Origin: a virus
Virus record (IMG/VR): IMGVR_UViG_3300044684_000361
Location: 1-64,000 of that record
Direction: 5' to 3' (one strand)
DNA: 64,000 nt
Position numbers and translations under genes: made by a program. Below, in pieces: positions 46,264-56,558 of this stretch (its first letter is position 1; each line of letters begins with the position of its first letter). The notes under the pieces are model-generated. The model worked only from the letters and a program-made list of their open reading frames with translations, was not told where the DNA came from and made no database searches.

Positions 46264-47193
46264 TTAAAGGCCCGGCGTGCCCCAAAGAGCGCGCGGGTCG
46301 GTCCAAGAGTGAGGAGCATAGCGCTCGCCCAACTTGTACCGGGCGGAATCGGTCTCGAAGTCGCCCTCCATGGAGCGCTCCACACCACGGCGACGAACCA
46401 TCTGAAGGCCCATCTTCACCGTCTCCTTGCTCGCCAGGATGAACCAGGCAGTGTTGGAGGTGAGACGCGCCAGATTGGCTTGGCCGCCCTTGAGCAGACC
46501 CATGGCCGGCACCGGGTTGATGTCATTCACCATTGCGCCGGTACGCAGGACGCTCTTGAGCAGCACCTCACCCTGCAAGAGGTTCGAGGGGCTCAGGACG
46601 AGCTTGTAAGGCTCTACGCGGATTTTGCGGCCCGTGGAGTCCACCGCCGAGCGCATTTGGATCAGTAGCTGTTCCAAGGAGGTCTGGGACAGGGCCGCTG
46701 CCGAGGCCAGCTGGTTGGAGAATGTCAAACCGCCGTAGATCGGGTGCGCGGTATTGATAAGCGAGACGCCGTCGCCGCCGACATACGCGGAGTTGAAGGC
46801 GCGGTTGATCGCGTTCGCTCCCAGCAGCTCTTGAGTCTCGATCAGGGACTGGGTGGCATGCTCGGCGAAGATCTTGCCGATGCGGATATGATCACCGTCC
46901 TCAGCCAGGACTTTGGTGATGGCGAAGGCCATGCCATAGACCTTGTAGACGTATCGCTGAATGAACAGCGTACCGCCTTGCTGGTAGACATACGGCTGGC
47001 CGTCCGGGACTTCCGGAGCTGCCGTGAAGCCAAACAGCATCGGCTCCTCGTGATAGGCGCGGGCGGTGCCCTTCACTTCCGTGAAGACCTCCTCCCACTC
47101 GTTCTTACGCTGGAGCATGACGCCGTCATGGACCTTATTCAGGATCGGCTCGACAACCGCCTTAAGGTCTGAACTCCGAATTGGTGCGGCCAT
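46264..47193 (-). CDS. Major capsid protein (HK97 fold, Mu gpT-like)
   Basis: 309 aa; GGDGVSL..TAHP, AWF, DFETD..RYK..ERY, DPRALWG. Confidence 0.85.
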   Translation of the reverse strand: MAAPIRSSDLKAVVEPILNKVHDGVMLQRKNEWEEVFTEVKGTARAYHEEPMLFGFTAAPEVPDGQPYVYQQGGTLFIQRYVYKVYGMAFAITKVLAEDGDHIRIGKIFAEHATQSLIETQELLGANAINRAFNSAYVGGDGVSLINTAHPIYGGLTFSNQLASAAALSQTSLEQLLIQMRSAVDSTGRKIRVEPYKLVLSPSNLLQGEVLLKSVLRTGAMVNDINPVPAMGLLKGGQANLARLTSNTAWFILASKETVKMGLQMVRRRGVERSMEGDFETDSARYKLGERYAPHSWTDPRALWGTPGL

Positions 47194-47208
47194 TTACAGC
47201 TACTCCGA

Positions 47209-47988
47209 TTAGATAGCAACCATGGATCGGCCAACTTGACTGAAGGCGATCTTGACGTAGAGATCCGGGAAGGCATCCATGACATTGCCTACCGGGCTGG
47301 AGAAGTCCGGCGCCTGGACCACCATGAGCTGGCCCTGGTTACCCGCCGAGTTGAGCAAGCTGATCGCCAGGCGCTGGGCACTTTGGCCAACGGGGACCGC
47401 GTTACCGGCCGGGTTGCCACCAACGCCCAGATCCGCTGCGTTCAGGTTGAACTGCAGGCCCGTGAGGGCCGGGAAGTTGGTCGTGGTCAGGCCCGAAATG
47501 GTACTGACTGCCGCATCCGCCTGGATCTGATACACGTTCTCCGGATCGTCCCAGACATAGGCGATCGTGTAGGTCCCAGGGTAGGTTTGCTGGCCCGAAG
47601 TCCAGAACTTCGAGTATTGCCGGCGACCATTGAGATCGGTGTATTCGACGCCTGCGAAGGAGCCCAGGAGCTTGCAGAAGCCGTTACCAGCGGCCGACCC
47701 CGAGTTGTTACCACCCGAGGTCATCTGGGCGGGCAACAGAACCAGCTGGTTAGTGGCCACCGTGGCACCGACTGCGACCGATACGGCAGTGCCCGCAGTG
47801 CCCGCAGACTGGAAGGTCGGAACGGAGACCGTGGTGGAGTTGGCACCACGCGCCAACAGCACAGGGGAGCCGTAATAGATGGCCGGAGTCTGTCCTGAGA
47901 GCAGGACGTTCTCATATTGGTTGGAACGCGCCTGACCGCTCGGGTGCCACCGCGCCAGCAAGCCATAAGGGGTCTGAGTCGATGCCAT
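47209..47988 (-). CDS. Minor capsid / head protein
   Basis: PYGL, GSFAGVEY and DDP..VYQIQAD motifs; precedes the capsid gene. Confidence 0.6.
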   Translation of the reverse strand: MASTQTPYGLLARWHPSGQARSNQYENVLLSGQTPAIYYGSPVLLARGANSTTVSVPTFQSAGTAGTAVSVAVGATVATNQLVLLPAQMTSGGNNSGSAAGNGFCKLLGSFAGVEYTDLNGRRQYSKFWTSGQQTYPGTYTIAYVWDDPENVYQIQADAAVSTISGLTTTNFPALTGLQFNLNAADLGVGGNPAGNAVPVGQSAQRLAISLLNSAGNQGQLMVVQAPDFSSPVGNVMDAFPDLYVKIAFSQVGRSMVAI

Positions 47989-47994
47989 TTGAGG

Positions 47995-48576
47995 TTACTC
48001 GAAGGTTGGTTCGCGGCGCTGCCGCGCGTTGATGAACTCACTCGTACCATCGCCCAGGTAGACAGCTGCCCCGCCTTCGCGGGCTGTCTCTTGGATGTAC
48101 CGGGCCGTCTCGCGTACGCGCTCCTCTTGCTCGTAGGGACGCTCGTGGTGCGCGATCTTCATGTATTCCTGATAGAGATCGATCGGGAGCTTGAACAACA
48201 CCATCTCCTTATGGCCGATGCAGCCAGCGAACTGGCCTGAATCGATGGTGATGTGCTGCATTCCCGGCATCTCCTCCGGAGTCACTCGCTCGTATCCCAT
48301 GGCCTCGCGATGGGCGATCGGGTCGTATTGGTTGGTTGTGGATAACCAGCAACAGTGATAGCCCGGGATCTCCGGAGGTTGCGGAAGAACGTTGTTGAAC
48401 ATCTCGGTGCGAAAGCGCGCAATCATCTCGGCCTTGGAGAGGCCGCGCGCATCGGAATGCGTCTTGCGGGCTTCTGCGGCTTTGGTCTGATCATGACGCT
48501 CGTTGGTTCGCCCGAGCCGCTGGCTCTCGATCAGCCGCTCGCTAGCGTCAGTGGTATCGATGGTGTTCTTGGCCAT
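47995..48576 (-). CDS. Conserved head morphogenesis protein
   Basis: LP.PP.IPGYH.CW, GYERV, LFKLP. Confidence 0.6.
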   Translation of the reverse strand: MAKNTIDTTDASERLIESQRLGRTNERHDQTKAAEARKTHSDARGLSKAEMIARFRTEMFNNVLPQPPEIPGYHCCWLSTTNQYDPIAHREAMGYERVTPEEMPGMQHITIDSGQFAGCIGHKEMVLFKLPIDLYQEYMKIAHHERPYEQEERVRETARYIQETAREGGAAVYLGDGTSEFINARQRREPTFE

Positions 48577-49748
48577 TAGTTGGCTCCATTCGCACGGTTG
48601 TGTTGTCGGAAGTACTTGATCAGCTCATCGCGCTCTTTCTTGTCAGCCGCATTGAGGTTGTTTCCCCATAGGCCCTCTTCTTTCAGATGGGCCACCTGCG
48701 CTGGTAGAAGGTCGTGATGAGCACTTCCACTTGCATTCGCTTGCCGGCCGGAGCCAGCCACAGCAGGACCACGGGCAGTACGCTGGGCCTGCGGGGCCTG
48801 GCGCTGCGGAGGAGCCTGTTTGTGTTGCGTTTGCTGAACCGTTTCCACTTCGTCACCATCGCCCAGATCGACATCGTCTTCACCGAACAGGTGCGGGAGG
48901 GCGGAACGTCCGCGCCTGTCGAGTTCTTGCCAATACTCCGGCTCGTTGGGGGTGAACCGGGCTTCGGCCTGCATCGCCAGATCTATCGCGTGATAGACGG
49001 CGGTTTCTCGGTTTGCGGGCGAGCCATCCTGGCGGAATTGGAGCCAGGGCTTGTTTGCCTTGAACTGAGTTGCGAGTTGATTGATCTCAGCCTGCCCAGG
49101 AAGAGGGCGTTGCTGTGGTCGCTGGGGCTGGGATGCCCGGGCATTGATCGCGGCTTGGACGCGACCTTTTTCCGATTCCAGTACCGTCTTGCGTGACAGC
49201 GCCTGTTCTCGGATCAACCTTGCTTGCCGGAGAGCCTCCTGATCGCCCTGGGTAAGGGCCTGGGTCTCCAGGCTTAGAGCTTGGTCAGCATCATTCTGGT
49301 ATTCGGCAATGCGTCCGTCAATAGTCAGAAGTCGAGTTTCGAGTGCAGTTCCCTCGACAGCGGCCAATCGCTGGAGGATTTCGAAGTTCTGCTCCAGAGC
49401 AAAATCCCGCTCTTCCCGGAGACGCCGGGCAGCTCTACGATATTGATCCTGCCGTTGTTTGCGGGTCTTCTTGCCATCATGACGGTGATGTTCGTCCTTT
49501 CCTTGGCCCTGGGAGCCCTCTCCCTCCTCATCCAGATCTGCCTCGCCGCCTTCAGCCAGCCGCGCCTCGTGGACTTTCTTCGTGGCGCCTTCGCCATCTT
49601 TGGTGGCGCCTTCGTCCTCGTGGGAACCTCCACCATCCTCACCTTGGTGTTGAAGGCTCTCGTTGCCCTCTTCACCTAGAGCCTGATCGAATACCAGATC
49701 CTCGTCATCGCCAGCCCCTTCTTGTGGGGCGGCTCGTGCAGTTGCCAT
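48576..49748 (-). CDS. Scaffolding protein
   Basis: Acidic N-terminus, coiled coil, NKPW and EYWQELDRR; lies between portal and capsid. Confidence 0.65.
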   Translation of the reverse strand: MATARAAPQEGAGDDEDLVFDQALGEEGNESLQHQGEDGGGSHEDEGATKDGEGATKKVHEARLAEGGEADLDEEGEGSQGQGKDEHHRHDGKKTRKQRQDQYRRAARRLREERDFALEQNFEILQRLAAVEGTALETRLLTIDGRIAEYQNDADQALSLETQALTQGDQEALRQARLIREQALSRKTVLESEKGRVQAAINARASQPQRPQQRPLPGQAEINQLATQFKANKPWLQFRQDGSPANRETAVYHAIDLAMQAEARFTPNEPEYWQELDRRGRSALPHLFGEDDVDLGDGDEVETVQQTQHKQAPPQRQAPQAQRTARGPAVAGSGRQANASGSAHHDLLPAQVAHLKEEGLWGNNLNAADKKERDELIKYFRQHNRANGAN

Positions 49749-49818
49749 GACTCATTCCCGTGGTTGATAATGTTGCCGCGCGAGCAGCTCATCAAACCCC
49801 TGAGATGAGTGAAGCGAG

Positions 49819-49853
49819 AAAGGCGGCCCATCCCCTGGGTCGCCTTTTCTTTT
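49819..49853. terminator. Terminator-like hairpin
   Basis: AAAGGCGGCCCA-TCCCC-TGGGTCGCCTTT followed by TCTTTT on +. Confidence 0.6.
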
Positions 49854-50289
49854 ACAAGTAGCTCGTGATGGCGAGCGCCACGTCCGCATCCTCGATCTTG
49901 CAGATCTGTTGCAGGTGATCGAATACGACGAACACGATCTCTTCCTCCTCGTTGAGCTTCACCGAGAAGCGATTGCCGCCAAAACGCGGGATCTGCAGGA
50001 AATCCCCGACCTTGAAAGAAGGGCCTTCCGGCCACGGGCGTCCATCGGCGAAGTGGAAAGCCATCGGGCTGATAGCCACCACTTTCCCTACCGTGCAGAG
50101 CTGCACTTCTGATTCCTTCGCGGACTGGGTAAGCACAATGCCCCCTTTGGACTTTGACATCGCGCGCCTGACTTGCACGATGTAGTTGTTCAGTAGGGGT
50201 ACTCGTCCATGACGAATCTTGGGAAAGGCCTCATCCACACTCCGGTAGTCGTACTCGATCGCATGCGCGAGATTCACACCTGATGGCAT
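49852..50289 (-). CDS. GroES-like co-chaperonin
   Basis: PL...I.V, SKGGIVL, GKVVAI, KVGD motifs. Confidence 0.8.
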   Translation of the reverse strand: MPSGVNLAHAIEYDYRSVDEAFPKIRHGRVPLLNNYIVQVRRAMSKSKGGIVLTQSAKESEVQLCTVGKVVAISPMAFHFADGRPWPEGPSFKVGDFLQIPRFGGNRFSVKLNEEEEIVFVVFDHLQQICKIEDADVALAITSYL

Positions 50290-50299
50290 AGCTGCTCCG

Positions 50300-50497
50300 T
50301 TATTTGAACTTGTCCGCTTCCTCGTCGGCCGAGAGGTAGTCGCGGATGATCCCCAGGGCATCGTTCAGCCCCGCGTAGTAACCCTGTACATAGCCGAACA
50401 TGTAGCCCTCTGACTTGGAGCCATCGGGTTTCCAGGCGACCGCTTTCAACTTCGACTGCTCGATCGCCTTATGCATGTTCTCAATCAGTTGCCTCAC
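50300..50497 (-). CDS. Small conserved protein
   Basis: FGYVQGYYAGL..AL; GTGA overlap. Confidence 0.55.
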   Translation of the reverse strand: MRQLIENMHKAIEQSKLKAVAWKPDGSKSEGYMFGYVQGYYAGLNDALGIIRDYLSADEEADKFK

Positions 50498-50778
50498 TGG
50501 AAGAGCTTCTCCAGAGCCTCTGTTTTGGCTGCCTGACCTTTTTGGTATGGCATCCATTCACAGAAGTACCCGCCAGGACGGGCAGCGTCATCCTGAATGA
50601 GCAATACTGAGGTGCGATTGGTCGCAACCCCATTTGCGTCAAAAACGGCGAGATTTACGCAGGTGTCGCTCCATACACAGGTGACGATAGCAGCCAGCGG
50701 CTGTGTTCCATTACGAACGATCGTGTCATCAGCGGATGGTGTGAACCACACCACTCTGCCAACTGTAGGAGAGATCAT
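50494..50778 (-). CDS. Conserved phage protein (PTVGRVVW family)
   Basis: PTVGRVVWF..AAIVT.V...VNLAVFD.NG. Confidence 0.65.
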   Translation of the reverse strand: MISPTVGRVVWFTPSADDTIVRNGTQPLAAIVTCVWSDTCVNLAVFDANGVATNRTSVLLIQDDAARPGGYFCEWMPYQKGQAAKTEALEKLFQ

Positions 50779-50924
50779 TTCCCCCTCCCCCGCATGTGGG
50801 GCCGCATGCTCTTGGGAAGCGTTGAGCCTTTGGGTTGCGAATACGGTTTACCCGTAGTCGCATACTTGTAGCGTTGCGGAACCTTCTCGGAAGGGACGTT
50901 CTTTGCTTTGGGGACATCAGCCAT
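50775..50924 (-). CDS. Small basic protein (49 aa, MADVPKAK...)
   Basis: Translated by hand; GGAG RBS; overlaps the portal stop. Confidence 0.5.
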   Translation of the reverse strand: MADVPKAKNVPSEKVPQRYKYATTGKPYSQPKGSTLPKSMRPHMRGRGK

Positions 50925-53730
50925 TGGAATCTCCACTTTGTTTGGCCGCCTTCTGGGCGGAAATCTGTTGCTGCTTCAATTCGTTCTGATCCTTGGCCTG
51001 CTGGGCGGAGAGGTCGGCTTTCTTCTCCTCCATGGCCATGGAGTCCTGATGCTCCTGCTGCCGAGCCTGGTGCTCCATCTGCATCGATTGCTGTTCGTGA
51101 GCCATCCTCTGGCCCTCCACCTGCATCTCGTTGCTCATCCGTTGACCCTCTAGATGCATATCCGCCTGGAGCTGTTGCTGGGTCTGGATCTGCTTCGCCT
51201 GCTCCTTCATCTGAGTGCGAGCGGTCTCGGCCTGCTCGTGCTCGCGGGCAATCGCCAACTTGGTCTGCTGGTTGCCCTGGCTGTCTTGCTGTTTGACTGT
51301 GTTCGCCTGCTGACGATCGGCATGCTCCTGCTCGGCCTGCTTTGCTTTCTGCTGCACTGAGGCCATCTGGGCATGCGAGGGGTCCATCATCGGCGGGGGA
51401 AGCATCGCCTGGAGCGCCTGCTGGATCTTGCCCATGGTCTGGATAGCTCTTTGCAGGGTTTGGTCCTGCTGGGCGAGCTGCATGACCTGGGTGGATGTCT
51501 TGGCGAGCATCTGGTCATAGAGTTGGCTCAACTGGGGATCATGCTGGGAGTGTTGCGGCAACTCGCCTATGTCAACCTCACCAGCCTGCGGGTCCATGCT
51601 TTTTGCCACCTGGGTCGCATGCTCAGAGGCAATCTGATGCACCTTGGTGGCGTACCAGAAGATGACATGCTCTTTGAGATTGCCCATGAGCCCCTGCATG
51701 GCCTGGGGGTTGGAGCTGACCACGGCTGAGAAGAAGGGGTTCTCGTAGAAGTCGCAATGCGCCTGGATATGGGCTTCGTGATCCTGCTGCGGGAAGGCGA
51801 CGATCGGGCGGCCGAGGCAGACCGCCACATTCTCGTTGATGGGGTTCATCTGCTGTGGTTCAGGCTTCTGAACCAGAAGATCCTTACCATCGTTGGGGAG
51901 CTTCATCTGCTTGAGAATCAGCTCCTCCACCTTGCGCATGTCGTAGATGCCCGCGCCGCCCGGGGTGACAGCGAGCTGTAGCGCGCGTTGAGCAACTGTC
52001 TGAATCTGGCCGTAGCGCTGAACTTCGCAAAAAATGTTTGGGTCGGAGACCGGAATGACATCATTCGGGCCCTCGAAATCCTTCTGCGTGACCAGCTGTT
52101 CGCCCAGAAGCTCTGTGACGACATGGTCATCCAGCCACGTCTTGTTGATACGGTGAAGGATCTTGAGCAGCCGATCCATGGCGTTGTGCATACGCCCATG
52201 AATGGCTGAGAAGGCCACCATCCCTTGCTCAATGCGGGCGAGGGTCGTGCCCACGGGCACATCACCATTGGCCTGAGCCTCCTCGATCGTGGTCCGGATC
52301 ACATCCTCGGCTTGCTCGCCCAGGAGCCCCAGGAGATTCAGAAGGACCGGGGAAGGCGGCCCGAAGGGCACCGGCATGATGATCTTGCGGATGTCATCCT
52401 GATCGCCCGAGCCCTCGATCTCGGTGACCTCGGTCGGGCCCACCCGGATGTTCTGGCCAGTCCCTGCGGCGGACTTGATCTTGATCATCCCCGCCAGGTT
52501 GTTGATATGAGCACTGTCCAGCAGTGCCCGCAGGGCCCCCGTGGCGGCGATCGACAGGCCCCCAATAATATGGGGCAGCCCGAGTGCATAAGCGCCACGG
52601 AATGGGATAAAAGGGAATTCAGCGGCCCAGTCGAGGCGCTCCCGGTAGTTGTCGGATTCTTCCCAGTTACGATAGACGGCCAGCAACTCCTTGGTCGTTA
52701 CGTCAATCGAGATGAGATACGGCAGCGGACCCACCTCGGTGGCTTCCTCCTCGGCAGTCTCGCCTGACTCATCGGGTCGCACATCCTCCTGCAGGCTTTC
52801 AGTGTGGGAGCCCTTTTTCTTAGAATCGCGAATCTCGAAATAGCAGTCGCACTCGTACACCACGCGCAGGCCATCGGGATTGGAGTTATCACTCTCCTTG
52901 CCCTCTACCTTGGAGATAACCTGCTGTGTCTCGGTCTCTTCCGGCTGGATCGGGGCCCCCATCTCTTCGATGGCGCGGTACATCCCCGTGCGAATACGCC
53001 GCTGGAATTCCTGAGCGGTCATCTTCTGCACGTGGGTGCGTCGCTCAGCGGTGTAATAGTTGGTCGCGGCGTAAGGGAGAATCATGTCATCCACAGGAAT
53101 CCACTCGTGGGTGACGTTGCGGATATCGCCGCCTGCCGGAGGCGGGATCAGCTTCATGTACTCATCCCCATCCATGGGTAGGTTCATGAGCATCTGCTCG
53201 CATTCGGAGCGAAAATTCGGCATCAACTGGGTCAGCTGATAGTTCATCCAGCGGGCCTTGCGGCGCGAACGGTCAAGACGGTCAGTCGTGATCGAACCCG
53301 CCATATATTCACGCACGGGCCCGCCTGGCGGAAACAGCTCTTTGATCGTACGAGCCTCGAAGTCGATCGAGGCTTTGGTATACATGGGGTGCGTGACATG
53401 GGAGGCGCCCGAGAAGTTAGCTCCGCCAATGGTCTCTTTCTCAAGACCCATCCGCTTCTTACCCTCGGCGACCTGCTCATCCCGTCGCTTACGGTCTTGG
53501 ATGTCCTTCTCAATCAACTCCACGAGGGTTGTTGAGATGAGTGCTCGCTCCTCCTCGGTCAGCTCTTTGGCAAGGTTGCGATAGAAGTCTTTCGACTCCT
53601 CAGATTCGCCGCTTTTCTTTTCAACGAGACTCGCGGACCCATCCGGGTTTTCCGTGATCTCATAGTCAGATTCTCCGGTATTGGTCTGATCGACCATGCC
53701 AGAGAGTGTTTGATCATTCTGGTCAGGCAC
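50917..53730 (-). CDS. Portal protein with long Q-rich C-terminal coiled coil
   Basis: GASHVTHP, ELFPPGGPV, MNYQL, LRALLDSAH..N, PVGTTLA, PVSDPNIF. Confidence 0.85.
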   Translation of the reverse strand: MPDQNDQTLSGMVDQTNTGESDYEITENPDGSASLVEKKSGESEESKDFYRNLAKELTEEERALISTTLVELIEKDIQDRKRRDEQVAEGKKRMGLEKETIGGANFSGASHVTHPMYTKASIDFEARTIKELFPPGGPVREYMAGSITTDRLDRSRRKARWMNYQLTQLMPNFRSECEQMLMNLPMDGDEYMKLIPPPAGGDIRNVTHEWIPVDDMILPYAATNYYTAERRTHVQKMTAQEFQRRIRTGMYRAIEEMGAPIQPEETETQQVISKVEGKESDNSNPDGLRVVYECDCYFEIRDSKKKGSHTESLQEDVRPDESGETAEEEATEVGPLPYLISIDVTTKELLAVYRNWEESDNYRERLDWAAEFPFIPFRGAYALGLPHIIGGLSIAATGALRALLDSAHINNLAGMIKIKSAAGTGQNIRVGPTEVTEIEGSGDQDDIRKIIMPVPFGPPSPVLLNLLGLLGEQAEDVIRTTIEEAQANGDVPVGTTLARIEQGMVAFSAIHGRMHNAMDRLLKILHRINKTWLDDHVVTELLGEQLVTQKDFEGPNDVIPVSDPNIFCEVQRYGQIQTVAQRALQLAVTPGGAGIYDMRKVEELILKQMKLPNDGKDLLVQKPEPQQMNPINENVAVCLGRPIVAFPQQDHEAHIQAHCDFYENPFFSAVVSSNPQAMQGLMGNLKEHVIFWYATKVHQIASEHATQVAKSMDPQAGEVDIGELPQHSQHDPQLSQLYDQMLAKTSTQVMQLAQQDQTLQRAIQTMGKIQQALQAMLPPPMMDPSHAQMASVQQKAKQAEQEHADRQQANTVKQQDSQGNQQTKLAIAREHEQAETARTQMKEQAKQIQTQQQLQADMHLEGQRMSNEMQVEGQRMAHEQQSMQMEHQARQQEHQDSMAMEEKKADLSAQQAKDQNELKQQQISAQKAAKQSGDSNG

Positions 53731-54130
53731 GCGGGTAGGGCTCCACTTCTGGCTTATAGCCGTTATGCAAACGAAGGTTTTCTTTGGCTCCTACACGCAC
53801 CCTGACCTTAAAAAGGTGCTGCCGGCTTTCCATGCAGTACCCATATTCAACTTGGGGCCATGTCCGGATATAGATATCTTGTGGCAGCTGATCGATGGTG
53901 GATCGCATAGCCGCAAGACAAGCCGACAGGCTTTCTCCGATCCATCCCAGAGTTATGAAATCAATACGGTGAGACTGCCAATCGTCCGGCAAGAAGCCGC
54001 CTTTGCCAGGCATAACCTCTTGTATCACTGCATAGGCAGTAGTAAATCCATCAACACAACGATGAGTCCGATGCATGTATTCCCTCAGCAGCGCCTGAGC
54101 GCGGAACACTGCAAAGCCATTAATAGGCAT
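53723..54130 (-). CDS. Hypothetical protein inserted between TerL and portal
   Basis: Overlaps both neighbours. Confidence 0.5.
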   Translation of the reverse strand: MPINGFAVFRAQALLREYMHRTHRCVDGFTTAYAVIQEVMPGKGGFLPDDWQSHRIDFITLGWIGESLSACLAAMRSTIDQLPQDIYIRTWPQVEYGYCMESRQHLFKVRVRVGAKENLRLHNGYKPEVEPYPRA

Positions 54131-55757
54131 AGGGATTCGCCGTGGCTGGAGTGGATCTGCGACCCGCATACTTCTCTTGATAGACCGGCATGCGCAGCCA
54201 GTTACGAAAGAGCCACAGGAGCGCCTGAGTGGCAGAGTCCATCAGGTCATCATGGGGAATGGAGTATTCCCCGGCATAGGCGCACATCTGGCCGATCAAG
54301 GGCTCGGCCCAGGCGGAGAAGGTGTTGGCACTACGAGCCTGATCAGCCATGCCCTGGGGAGCACCGCAGGAGGGACAGGTTTCCTCATCTTTGCGGCCGA
54401 TCTGCCATTGCTGGTGACAGCTGCCGCAGGTGCGGATCGCAGTAAGCGGAGCCCAGACGATCTGCTGCACGAACATGGGCGCCACGAGGTTCAACCGCAT
54501 CAACTTGTCAGCCTTACCGGGGTTGTAAGGCATGACAGGAACCCCTTCCCGGCGTAATTGCTGGCGCAGGGAGATCCCGGAATTCTTGTCTTCGATCAGG
54601 ATCAGGTCTGCTTTGCGACCCTGGTTGAACATCCGCTTCGGACCAAAGAGCGGGGTGATCTTGGGCACCAAGGCATCAAGCCCATAACGTTTCTCCTTCT
54701 CCTTCTTCACCCGCGCCACGAGATCAGGGAATCCCAGACGATCCTGCCAGGCATCCAGAAGAAGGATCTGAGGGCGGCCACGCTTCAACTGCTGGATTTC
54801 CTGATAGGAGAGATCCCGCCGCCGATCAAGCGCATCCTGCTCCTCCTTCGGCAGCGGCTCCTTCCAGGCTCCCCAGACAGAGCAGGCGGTGTAGTCGGTC
54901 TTGCGTCCTTCCGGGTCCTTTTTGACATCCACCGCATCCTCGGAGAGGGCGGTATCCAAGGACATCAGCACCACTTCGAAGTCAGGGAGCGGCTCGTTAT
55001 GGGGCCAGCGCTGCCATTGGGAGCGCTTGATGACGCCCAGTTCCTCGGCATCCAGCAGCTCACCGGCCAGCTCCTGGCGGCCCAGGCGCGTGCCTTTGAG
55101 CACGTTCATCTGCTTGAGGAAGTTATCCGAGAGGTTGGCTCGGTTCTCTTCCGTGTTGCCGCCGATCTTCTTGATGGTCTTGTCGGCGAAGAAGGTCTTG
55201 ATCAACTCCTTGGGCTTTGGAGTGGATGTGATGACGCAGGTGGTGCGCTTGCCGAGGCGGTGGCCAAACTTGGCCTGCTCCCAGGCGGAAACATCATCGA
55301 TCCAGGCCGCTACCTCATCACAGGCGAGAAAATGGCACTGCGGGCCGCGTAGGCGCTCCGATTCCTCGGCGGAGAAGCCGCGCAGAACGGAGTCGTTGTA
55401 GAACTGAATGACCGAATCTGTCTTGTTGTAGTATTTGATCAGACAGGAGGGAACCTGGCGAATGATCCCCGATTCCCCTTCGAAATTGACATACCTGATG
55501 TCATTGTGGGTCGGAGCGATGATATGGCCGAAGGCCTTGGGATGCTCACATAGCTCCCAGGCGATCCATTGACTCAGGGTGAGGGACTTGCCGAAACCGC
55601 GTCCCGCATGGATGAAGACCGTGTCATATGTCAATTTGTTGAAATCTATGACCTGCTTGGGCCTCGCCATCTGCAGCCAGCGGGTTCGCCATTCCAACTT
55701 AGCGAGATCCCATAAGGAAAGGGAACCCAGAGTGGCGCGTAGCTCAGCCTCACTCAT
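54120..55757 (-). CDS. terL: Terminase large subunit
   Basis: AGRGFGKS, LRGPQ..CDE, TSTP; nuclease SLDTA, DYTA, IEDK.SG, HDDLMDSATQAL. Confidence 0.92.
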   Translation of the reverse strand: MSEAELRATLGSLSLWDLAKLEWRTRWLQMARPKQVIDFNKLTYDTVFIHAGRGFGKSLTLSQWIAWELCEHPKAFGHIIAPTHNDIRYVNFEGESGIIRQVPSCLIKYYNKTDSVIQFYNDSVLRGFSAEESERLRGPQCHFLACDEVAAWIDDVSAWEQAKFGHRLGKRTTCVITSTPKPKELIKTFFADKTIKKIGGNTEENRANLSDNFLKQMNVLKGTRLGRQELAGELLDAEELGVIKRSQWQRWPHNEPLPDFEVVLMSLDTALSEDAVDVKKDPEGRKTDYTACSVWGAWKEPLPKEEQDALDRRRDLSYQEIQQLKRGRPQILLLDAWQDRLGFPDLVARVKKEKEKRYGLDALVPKITPLFGPKRMFNQGRKADLILIEDKNSGISLRQQLRREGVPVMPYNPGKADKLMRLNLVAPMFVQQIVWAPLTAIRTCGSCHQQWQIGRKDEETCPSCGAPQGMADQARSANTFSAWAEPLIGQMCAYAGEYSIPHDDLMDSATQALLWLFRNWLRMPVYQEKYAGRRSTPATANPYAY

Positions 55758-55857
55758 GGAAGTGGCATCCCATCATCACTGGCCCGATCCCAGGCCAGGA
55801 TCTCCTGCCGAAGCTCCTCCCACAGGATTTCAATGAACCGGTGAAACTCAAGGAAGT

Positions 55858-56265
55858 TCATGTAGGAACCGTCTCCTTGAGTTTCTCCGCCAGAATCCGC
55901 TCAGTAAGCTGATCAATGAGCTTCTGTTTCTGCTCCTCGGGGAGATCCTTCTGAGTGGTCTCAACAGCGCGGATGTCACGCCAGCCGCCTCGGGCCCGAA
56001 GGACGAAGGAGGCGCACTGGAAGAACTGGGGATGTTTCTTGTCGATCGCGGCGGCGATCACTTCCGAGCCCACCGCCACCACCATCTCGGAGGTGCCCGT
56101 GTCATAGATACGTCGGTAGTAGCGCTCGAAGTCCTCAAGAGTGATCGAGAGGATGGCGCAGCATTGGGCGGGATCGAGCCCGCAAGCGGCCATTTTTCGG
56201 ATGTACTTTCTGAACTCGTCAGTCGGCTCGTGGGGCGGCCGAAGGATGACATCTTGCGAGTTCAT
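55858..56265 (-). CDS. terS: Terminase small subunit
   Basis: HEPTDE.R.....AACG HTH, F.L.ARGGW; upstream of TerL. Confidence 0.7.
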   Translation of the reverse strand: MNSQDVILRPPHEPTDEFRKYIRKMAACGLDPAQCCAILSITLEDFERYYRRIYDTGTSEMVVAVGSEVIAAAIDKKHPQFFQCASFVLRARGGWRDIRAVETTQKDLPEEQKQKLIDQLTERILAEKLKETVPT

Positions 56266-56558
56266 GCCAACGGCTCCCTGGAGCGGGAGCAAAGGGGCAT
56301 CTGATTGGAACTCGCAAGGCCCGTGAGGGCGCGATGGGGCCGGAGTCTATACTTGCCCTATGTCGCCAAACAAGATGTGCCCTGACTGCGGGAAGTCGAT
56401 GAGGCCTGGGCCGCCTCGGTGTGCAGAGTGTCGGCTGTACCTGAAGTTGTTGCGAAAATCGGCGTGGAAGATCTATCGGGCGATGGGATCACCCGGAGAT
56501 TGGTACTCGTTCTTTGCCAGTTATGCTAACCAGAAGATGCCGAACCGGCCGGAGCATC

